DNA of 21,813 nt from Octopus sinensis (taxonomy: Eukaryota), in contig NW_021836976.1 of NCBI RefSeq assembly GCF_006345805.1, positions 1-21,813 on the forward strand, given 5' to 3'. A model generated the notes under the pieces. The model did not search any database. It was not told the DNA's origin and saw only the letters and a program-made list of their open reading frames with translations. Numbering within the stretch: position 1 is the stretch's first letter; the number at the start of each line of letters is the position of its first letter. Shown here in pieces: positions 13,141 through 21,813 of the stretch. The translations under genes were made by a program, and so were the position numbers.

Positions 13141-13709
13141 CGTAGAGTGGGAAAGGTAACGGAGAGGAAGGGAGTACGCGAGAAAGGGAGCGAGTGAAAG
13201 AGGGAGTGGCGAAAAAATAATCTATATTTCGTAAAAAAAAAATTATTTAGCGTTATCGTATTCAGCATTTCGATGTTGAAGAAGAAGAAAAAGTATATTT
13301 ATATTGTTGTTGCGGTTATTATTTTTATTTGTATTAGAATCTGCTTTTTTTTTGTTTTCCATTTTTGCTCTCATACAGAAAACAATTATTATCTCGCGAG
13401 ACATGAAAAATTTTAACTGTTTTCCACAAAGATATCTATCATCCTAAAAACACTGGAAATGTCTATCATTCTTCATGTTTTGTATATATTTTTTTCTGTA
13501 TTTTATAATAGTTTTAAAATTTTTAGCTTTGATTTTTCCTTTAATATTTAAGGCATAATACGTGAGGCTTCGGTTCCAAATTTCATATCTCATAATAACT
13601 ATCATGATATTTAAAAAGTATATAAATAAATAAATAAATTACTGATTGTAAAACATAGCGTTGCAGCACATGCCTTCTTTGCTTTATTCCATTCCTTTAT
13701 TGGCAGAAT

Positions 13710-13850
13710 CGGTGGAGCAACAGATTAAGTTCTTCGTATTATCTATTTAAGTACTTTTGTATTCCGTGTTCAAATCCCACTGATTTACGGATTCGGTCTT
13801 GCTTTAATTTCAGCGGCTTTCATTTATATTCAAGCACTGCGATCAAGCTT
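13710..13850 (+). mobile_element. Possible highly decayed tRNA-SINE head
   Basis: tggcagaatcgg (A-box-like) and gtgttcaaatccc (B-box-like), weakly similar to the head of the 15366 family. Confidence 0.25.
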
Positions 13851-13911
13851 CTTTTCTAATGCATCTTCTAATTCATTTCCTTATAGAAATAGAAATATGA
13901 AACCTGTGAAC

Positions 13912-14347
13912 CATCATCATCATCATCATCATTGTTCGACCGTGGTCGAGACAATGGAATTTCCTATGCTACGCCAGACTTCACGGTCCATCATAGCATT
14001 ACGGAGGTCCTGTTGCTGGATGCCTGTATCCCTGGAGATTACATCAGGGTATGAGAGTGTGCGCCCTCTGGTATCTCGAGTAGATGGCTTCTAGAGGAGA
14101 AGAGTAGAAGTTGTCTTGCTTTCAGCTCTACAACAATATCCAGCAAACTGGACTCTCCTACCTTTCACAAGAGATGATACAGGCGCTATTTGTACTTTGG
14201 TTGGATGATGCTTCCACGAGAGATTTTGAGCTCTCATAAGGGGGCGAGTGTAAGTTCCATCCAACCGCCTCTCAATCTTCTTTGATAACGTCCAGGTTTC
14301 TGAGCCATATAGTAGAATTGGTTCGACTGTGGCTTTGAAGATTTTAC
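13912..14347 (-). mobile_element. 3' end of an RTE-clade LINE with (TGA)n tail
   Basis: KIFKATVEPILLYGSETWTL..RLDGTYTRPLMRAQNLSWKHH..RRVQFAGYC..(stop)KPSTRDTRGRTLSYPDVISRD..MMDREVWR..VSTTVEQ*, typical of the RTE post-RT region; the (cat)n tail is at 13912-13932. Confidence 0.88.
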
Positions 14348-14794
14348 AGACAGTCTGACAGACACTACTGACAGACATACAGACAGACCTGGGGTGGAGA
14401 GGTCAAGTCACTGATGATGTCGAAAATAGAGACAAAAGGACTTTGGCAAACACAACTGATTGCAGAAATAATTGAGTGAACGTTTGATTAAACATTCGAT
14501 TGGTTAATTAGTTATGCACGAAGCAGACCAAGAGTAGAGCGATAACACGCCGTTGATTAGTGACGAAAGGACTACGAAAACCTTAACTTATTGACTCATT
14601 GACCGATCGAGGAATAAGACAATTGATTTGTTGTTTGGATAAATAGTTAACCAAATGAGGAAAAAAAAATGTAAAGAAGTGAAATAGAAACAATGCATGT
14701 GTTTAAAAATTAATTTGCTAGCACGATGCAACTAAATATGTTTTACGACATGAGTTCACATCAAAAATATTGTAAACCTAATAAAAAAATCGAC

Positions 14795-14972
14795 ACGCTT
14801 TTCAAGCCTAGCTAGGCTCATGGGCCCGGTTTCCCGGTTTCTGTGACGTATGTTTCCCCCAAGCTGGACGGAACGCCAGTCCATCGCAGCGTTACACAAG
14901 AAACAGGAAGAGAGACTGAGAGAAAGTTGTGGTGAAGAGTACAACAGGGTCGCCACCACGCCCTGCCAGAGC
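14795..14972 (-). mobile_element. Headless SINE fragment sharing its 3' module with the SINE at 18604-18846
   Basis: Reverse complement gtaacgctgcgatggactggcgttccgtccagc..agaaaccgggaaaccgggcccatgagcc matches 18745-18825. Confidence 0.8.
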
Positions 14973-15092
14973 CAGTTTCGGTCTGTGTACCTCCCAGTAA
15001 CATAATGCTTCAAAAAAACAAACATAAGATAAAGAAAGCGCTGAAAAGAATAAAGCAATGGAATCAATTTTTGAATCTTTATGGTTGATAAA

Positions 15093-15291
15093 AATAATCC
15101 TTTCTACTACAGGCACAAGGCCTGAAATTTTGGGGGAGGGTGAAAGTCGATTTGGTACTTAATTTATCGACCTCGAAAGAATGAAAGGCAAAGTCGACCT
15201 CATCGGAATTTGAACTCAGAACGTAACGGCAGACGATATACGACTACGCATCTCGCCCGGCGTGCTAACGTTTCTGCCAGCTCGCCGCCTT
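15093..15291 (-). mobile_element. tRNA-derived SINE (family head aaggcggcgagctggcagaa), internally deleted
   Basis: Collinear with the copies at 15366, 15830, 20868 and 21120; B-box gagttcaaattcc. Confidence 0.9.
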
Positions 15292-15365
15292 CAGTTAAAA
15301 ACTATAATTAATTCATTGCTCCACTCTTCCATCGTTGACACTAGTGGCAATTTACCAACGATTTC

Positions 15366-15735
15366 AGGCGGCGAGCTCGCAGAATCGTTAGCAAGTCGGG
15401 CGAAATGCTTAGCGTCATTTCGTCTGCCGCTAGTTTCTGAGTTCAAATTCCGTCGAGGTCGAATCTGCCTTTCATCCTTTTGGAGCCGATATAATCGACT
15501 TATTCCGTTTGTCTGTCCTTGTTTGTCCTCTCTGTGTTTAGCCCCTTGTGGGTAGTAAAGAAACTGGTATTTCGTCTGTCTTTACGTTCAGAGTTCAAAA
15601 TCCGCCGATGTCGACTTTGCCTTTCAACCTTTCGGAGTCCATAGATTAAGTACCAGTTGCGTACTGAGGACGATCTAATCGACTGGCCCCTCGTCCCCCA
15701 ACATTTCACGCCTTGTGCTAATAGTAAAAAAGAAT
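15366..15735 (+). mobile_element. Dimeric tRNA-derived SINE of the same family
   Basis: The core gtatttcgtctg..gagttcaaa..tcgactttgcctttca occurs twice (about 15417-15485 and 15567-15635), each followed by a different tail. Confidence 0.9.
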
Positions 15736-15829
15736 TTAGCAACGATTTGACAATTGTGATAAATAATATTAACATAATTAATTATTTCAAATTTTGACTC
15801 AAGACCAGCAATTTCGGCAGAGGGTATAA

Positions 15830-15996
15830 GCCTATTTAATCGACCCCATCGTTTCACTGGTACTTAATTCGTCGAACGCCGAAAGGAAGAAATGCAAAGT
15901 CAACCTCGACAGAATTTAAACTCAGATCGTACAAGGGGCGAAATACCGTTAAGCATTTCGTCTTGGTTGCTAATGATTCTGCCAGCTCGCCGCCTT
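15830..15996 (-). mobile_element. Diverged tRNA-derived SINE of the same family
   Basis: Head reverse complement ..gattctgccagctcgccgcctt ends at 15996; the body is collinear with the other copies. Confidence 0.85.
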
Positions 15997-17192
15997 GCTA
16001 AACCATATTAATGAAAGTGCACCAGACTGTTTATGTACTGTAATTGGGTAGTGAGATGTCCTCGTGTCCTGTCAATTCCTTAACTTCACGTAAGAACATC
16101 CAGTAAGGCGAGGTAGTTATAGATTCTTTATGTGGTCTCTTGCCTTTCAAGAAATAACAGCTCAATACCTGACTAAATATAACCGTATCACCTAAAAAAA
16201 AAAGCGTATATTTTGGAAACTGTACAACTAAAGAAATGCATAAAAACACAAGATAGTAAGAAAAAGTTTCAAACAGATCTCGTCTTGATCAAAGCTGACT
16301 AGCTCTCTTTCACAAAACCCCAAATAACAGTAACAAGCAAGTTTGATGAGGCGCACCACTTGCCTCACATAACTTCATAGAACTGCACTGTCAACAGAAT
16401 TCCCACAGAACTCCCTCCCAAATGTATCTTTACCCTTTCTCTACAAACATCGATAGTGTATCGACCTCGTCAGTCTAAAATGGCCTACTAGTGCCAGGGG
16501 TATTCATGCCCCTTTTTTCATAAACAATAATTTTACGTAAGATTTTTTTTTCTTGCTTCATTTTTGGTAGGGAAGTTTCTAGCATAGGTCGACCTACAAC
16601 AGTTACCATCCTCATTTTGCAAATTTTAATCATCATACTATTAAACGGCAATATGTCACTAGTTATCGTTACGACGACATATTGTAGTTGACCTGAGATG
16701 TCTAAAAGTTCAAAATCAACTGACTCTAAAACGAAATCGAATTTTTATTAATGAGATCCGCGCGGACCTTTACAGCATGAAATTAAATCACTTCGGATTT
16801 CGGTTATAACTTCATTTAAAGATCAACATTACCTTTTCACGCAGATGAAGGGAGACCTTAAGGAAATCAAACGCAAGTCATATAGATGCTTCTCTTTTGT
16901 ATAGTTGTACCGTTCAAATGATCTATTAGGAAGACAACACCGATCAATCAAAAGCTAACTGATAGCAGTCAGCCTCAAGACACTAACCTTAAACGAGATT
17001 TATTAGCTGTGGATGCTATTACTGTTTCGGCGTATAATTTGCAAACTCCATTACTCAATTGAGATAAGATTTATCTGTAAATATCACATGAACTATGAGA
17101 AATTTGTGAGTCAATTTCCAATGCGTAACAATGTCGAACCCTCAAGTGAATCTCTTATCATTTCATGTAATATATGTAAATATGCATGTATC

Positions 17193-17264
<72 letters not shown>

Positions 17265-17267
17265 TAC

Positions 17268-17301
<34 letters not shown>

Positions 17302-17585
17302 TATATATATATGCATATCTAGGTTTATATATCTATGTGTGTGCATATATATATATATATTTAACAAGGGGAGAGAAAGAGAGAGAGGGAGAGAGAAGTG
17401 TCTCTATGTCTGTGAGGGTAGGGTGTGTTTGTGTGTGTACCTGTGATCGCGCGCATATGAGACTATGTTGTATTACTTAAATGCATATAGCCACTTATTA
17501 AGTTTTATGCATATATAAAAAGGGTGATCGGATACATAATACATTGACACATTCACACATATGTGTATGTGTATATGAGTGTGTG

Positions 17586-17627
<42 letters not shown>

Positions 17628-17730
17628 TGCACCCGTATATAATTTCTATACCTCTAAGTCATTATGTGGGTGACTGTCTGCCTCTGTGTATGTGTATATT
17701 TTTCCTTCTATTTAAGAGAAATCAGAAAAA

Positions 17731-17799
17731 CCACCAACCACCACCACCATCGTCATCATCATCATCATCCATCATCATCACCATGATCATCATCATCGA

Positions 17800-17831
<32 letters not shown>

Positions 17832-17896
17832 CCATCACCATCACCTTCATCATCATCATCATCATAATCATTAGCAGCAGCAGTAGTAGTAGTAGT

Positions 17897-17950
<54 letters not shown>
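17731..17950. repeat. Compound trinucleotide repeat (CCA)(TCA/ATC)n(AGC)n(AGT)n
   Basis: Read directly. Confidence 0.95.
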
Positions 17951-17951
<1 letters not shown>

Positions 17952-18022
17952 AAACTTCCTGAAATCATAACCGATCTTCCATATTGCTGATTATTCAAAC
18001 GTCATGCATATATGCATGCATT

Positions 18023-18055
<33 letters not shown>

Positions 18056-18172
18056 ATGTATGTGTGTGTGTGTATGTATGTATGTGTACTTATGTGCAAA
18101 TGTGCATGTGCGCGCACTAGTGTATACATATATCTTCATATATATAGATATACATACACACACACACACACT

Positions 18173-18210
<38 letters not shown>

Positions 18211-18603
18211 ATTGAATGAGAAAATCTAATCCGGCACTTAGTATTCTCATTTCGCTTGTAAATGTTCCTTGTTAGACACATTTTAATAGGACTTCACTCT
18301 CTAATACATACACACATGCTCACATACACGTTCCCAAGTAGACAAATATGAATCGTTCAATATTATTGATTTACAAATATGTATGGTCGCGCACACACAC
18401 ACACACACACACACATACAAATACACATATATACATATATATATATTATATTATATATATTACACATATATATATTATGTACACGTATATATATATATAT
18501 AATATATATTATATATAATATATATATTATATATATATATATTATATATATATAATATATATGTGTGTGTGTGTGTGTGGTGTATGTGTGTGGTGTGGGT
18601 GGT

Positions 18604-18846
18604 GGAGGCGTGGCTTAGTGGTTAGGGTGTCAGCATCATGATCGTAAGATAGTGGTTTCGATTCCCGGACCGGGCGACGTGTGAGGTTCGTGAGCAAAAC
18701 ACTTTATTTCACGTTGCTCCAGTCCAATCAGCTGGCAAAATTGAGTAACGCTGTGATGGACTGGCGTCCCGTCCAGCTGGGGAACACCTATGCCATAGAA
18801 ACCGAGAAACCGAGCCCATGAGCCCTGCCAGGCTTTAAAAGGGCGC
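18604..18846 (+). mobile_element. Full-length tRNA-derived SINE with a conserved-looking gatggactggcgtcccgtccag module
   Basis: A box tggcttagtggt, B box ggtttcgattccc; the 3' module is shared with 14795-14895. Confidence 0.88.
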
Positions 18847-19532
18847 AATCATATATATATATATGTATATATATGTCTGTGTGTGTGTGTATTTTCTTTA
18901 TGTGTATATATATATATATATATATATGTATAAAGACTATATTATACATCAAATATACGTTTTAAAAATTTGACAAAGTTGGATATTTGACACCGAAGAA
19001 AAGAGAGAGACACACAGTCAAGTACCGAGCAGTTAAGAAATAATAAGACAACTCATCATACAAACTTATACACAAACTCAAACTGACATAAATGAATATA
19101 CTCAAAGTTCGCTTCTATTCTCTCTTGCAAACACAGGCACACATACACTCCTGAGCGAACGATCTCTTTCGAGAGATATGACATATATTCCATCTTTAAT
19201 CACTTTTCTAATCTCCCAGTAGGTTTCGTTTTATTTGCTTGTTAATAGTTACACCAGAGTCAGTTTTAATTTTATGACTTGGAAATTAACATATCTTTTC
19301 TCTTCAATGCAGACCTTTTCCGGCAATTAATTCGGACTTCAATCTATTCCGTCCATAACTATTAAACACCACAATGATGACTAGCTTTAAAACACTGCTT
19401 GTTCGTGTGATTTCCCTCGAGAATTAGATATCAATGCGATGATTGCTTTTCACAAGTTCTTGTAAACTTCTCTTCATTACTCCGTTGGTTGTTGCGTTGT
19501 TGCCTTGCCTTGTGGTTGTTGTTGTTGTTGTT

Positions 19533-19577
19533 GGGGACGGGGGTGTGGGTGGGTGGAGGTATGGTGGGGTGGGGGGG
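19533..19577 (+). other. Potential G-quadruplex
   Basis: GGGG-AC-GGGGG-TGT-GGG-T-GGG, with further GGGG-T-GGGGGGG, fits G3+N1-7 four times. Confidence 0.6.
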
Positions 19578-19957
19578 AAGCGGAGAGAGAGGGAGAGAGA
19601 GAGAGAGACAGAGGAAAAGCTTTGCAATTATTTTCTATCCGTATTAATGTTCTCTAAAACAAAAAACTAAACAAAATTGATGCAAACAAGGAAATAAAAA
19701 ATCAATATCGAAGGATTAAAAACAATAAGTAAACAGACAAACAAATATATATATACGTGTACGTATGCATAGATATATATATATATACACACATATACAT
19801 GTAGAATATATATATATATATATAAAGATATATATATACAGGCATATATATATATAGACATATATATAACATATATATATACCTATACATTTACGTTTAT
19901 ATAATTTACACACATACATATATATGCACATATGTGTGTGCGTGTATATATAACTAT

Positions 19958-19988
<31 letters not shown>

Positions 19989-20075
19989 GTATATATATAT
20001 AATATATATACACATATATATATATATATACATATACATATACATATATATGTATCTGTGTGTGTGTTAGCGTGT

Positions 20076-20110
<35 letters not shown>

Positions 20111-20251
20111 GAATTGAAGAAAGGAGTTGAACGAAGATTGAACACCATATGGGTACCTCCAACCGTGCTGTCTTCTGCTGTGATTTTTGCTACCAAGGGA
20201 TCGGTTTAAACTTTGATTTATCTGCAACAAGATTATTCATCTTTCTATTTC

Positions 20252-20289
<38 letters not shown>

Positions 20290-20643
20290 TCATACACCTT
20301 AATATTTTTTGCTTTTCATAACATAGATATACATACAAATTGATGAATATATAGATAATACTTATACAAAGGCAATAGTTCTTCAGAGCCTTTCGCATTG
20401 GTAGGGCTCTTCTCATGAACACATGCTCATTACTTGTGTTAATTCATTAAGCTACATCACACGTCTTTTCTTTGATTTCTTTTGGAATTTCGCCAGTCTT
20501 ACACATTTCGATTGTCACCGTATCAACTTTGCATTTCGTCAAATTGAAGTCGATAAAATAAATACCAGTCAAGCGCCTAAGTATATCACATCGACTTTAC
20601 CCCCTTACCCTAAATTTGCTGATCCCGTGCAAACATTTAAACA

Positions 20644-20705
<62 letters not shown>

Positions 20706-20716
20706 CATTATTATTA
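20644..20716. repeat. (ATT)n microsatellite
   Basis: Read directly. Confidence 0.95.
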
Positions 20717-20867
20717 TATTTTGTTGTTATTATTGTTGCTGTTGCTGCTGCTGATGATGCCGTTACTGTTCTTGATGTTTCTCGCCAATACTAGACTTGT
20801 GGCGTACGCTCTGTGAATTATTGATTTGTTTTAAGCAATATCCAGAAAACAAAATATTTCTTTTCGT

Positions 20868-21104
20868 GAATTTGAACTCAGAACCTAAAGACAGACGAAA
20901 TACCTATTTCTTTATTATCCACAAGGGACTAAACATAGAGGGGACAAACAAGGACAGACATAGGTATTAAGTCGATTACATCGACCCCAGTGCGTAACTG
21001 GTACTTAATTTATCGACCCCGAAAGGATGAAAGGCAAAGTCGACCTCGGCGGAATTTGAACTCAGAACGTAGCGGAAGACGAAATACCGCTCAGCATTTC
21101 GTCC
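20868..21104 (-). mobile_element. Head-truncated dimeric SINE (15366 family), left arm of a palindrome
   Basis: Monomer 1, LINE-like tail (20906-20953) and start of monomer 2, as in 15366-15600. Confidence 0.9.
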
Positions 21105-21119
21105 GGCGAAATACCGCTA

Positions 21120-21305
21120 GGCGAAATGCTTAGCGGTATTTCGTCTGCCGCTACGTTCTGAGGTCAAATTCCCTCGAGGTCGACTTTGCCTTACATCCTT
21201 TCGGGGTCGATAAATTAAGTACTAGTTGCGTACTGGTGTTGATCTAATCGACTAGCCCCTCCCAAAAACACTTTGGATCTTGTGCTTTGATTAGAAAATA
21301 ATATT
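21120..21305 (+). mobile_element. Head-truncated SINE (same family), right arm of a palindrome
   Basis: About 91% identical to the reverse complement of 20971-21101. Confidence 0.9.
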
Positions 21306-21412
21306 CAACAAAATTTAATATAGTGTCGGTTTCGTCGCCGAATCAAGAAGAGAGGAAAGTGAGAGGTGATTTTGAAGGCGAAATTGTCCTTTGCCGTGAG
21401 ACCCATCCCTGA

Positions 21413-21813
21413 GTAACCTACCAAACATGGGAAGAGATACAGGCAACAGGATCAGCAGAAACTCTTAAAAGAGCAATAATATCACCACCATCAACACCGA
21501 CAAAAATGCAAAAGACAAAAAATTTGTTGACCAAAGCTACAACAACAACGAACTAGAAAATAGGAAAAGAAAAGCCAAATTCTTCAGACATACTACGATC
21601 AACTCGAAAGACCGCCTCTACCAGTGACGGCTTTAAAAACGACACCGTCGCTGAAAACGAGAAAACCCACAAATTGAACGTTAACGGCATCATCGCTGCA
21701 ATGCGCCAAGCACAAGAAAATATAAAGCTGTCGAGGATTTTTTTTTAAATGCAAAAAGTATATTAAAAAGGAACGGGAAAACGGTTACTCTTGACTCCCA
21801 TGAAGCCATTGAA
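21413..21813 (+). pseudogene. Possible decayed ORF (LINE ORF1-like?) running off the window end
   Basis: 111-codon frame 21413-21745 with one internal TAG (21554); a 1-nt shift at a T9 run continues it as FLNAKSILKRNGKTVTLDSHEAIE. No diagnostic motif recognised. Confidence 0.25.

Noticed and set aside
14411-14425. Plus-strand CUGAUGA-UGUC-GAAA
   Set aside because: No stem II, no usable stem I or III, and no PLE context.
16585-16596. 12-bp perfect palindrome taggtcgaccta
   Set aside because: Short and without supporting context, so chance cannot be excluded.

Overview
Repeat-dominated eukaryotic DNA with no confidently identifiable host gene. The microsatellite density and the SINE families point to a coleoid cephalopod, probably Octopus (inference from recalled repeat families, not database-checked). 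Main element: a 5'-truncated L1/Tx1-clade LINE on the minus strand (about 7565-10977) with an endonuclease C-terminal part, RT (YADD), CCHC knuckle and 3'UTR. It ends in AATAAA plus (TATC)n, sits inside a duplicated (GATA/GGAT) compound microsatellite, and has a fold-back inversion at its 5' junction. Also present: a Penelope-like RT fragment (about 2401-3250), an RTE LINE 3' end (13912-14347), about nine tRNA-derived SINE copies or fragments from 3-4 families, a hammerhead-like motif and several hairpins. Most notable observations: (1) one SINE family carries the same ~50-bp 3' tail as the Tx1 LINE, a candidate SINE-LINE partnership visible within the window; (2) a ~280-bp head-to-head SINE palindrome. 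Most ORFs in the supplied track are microsatellite read-throughs.
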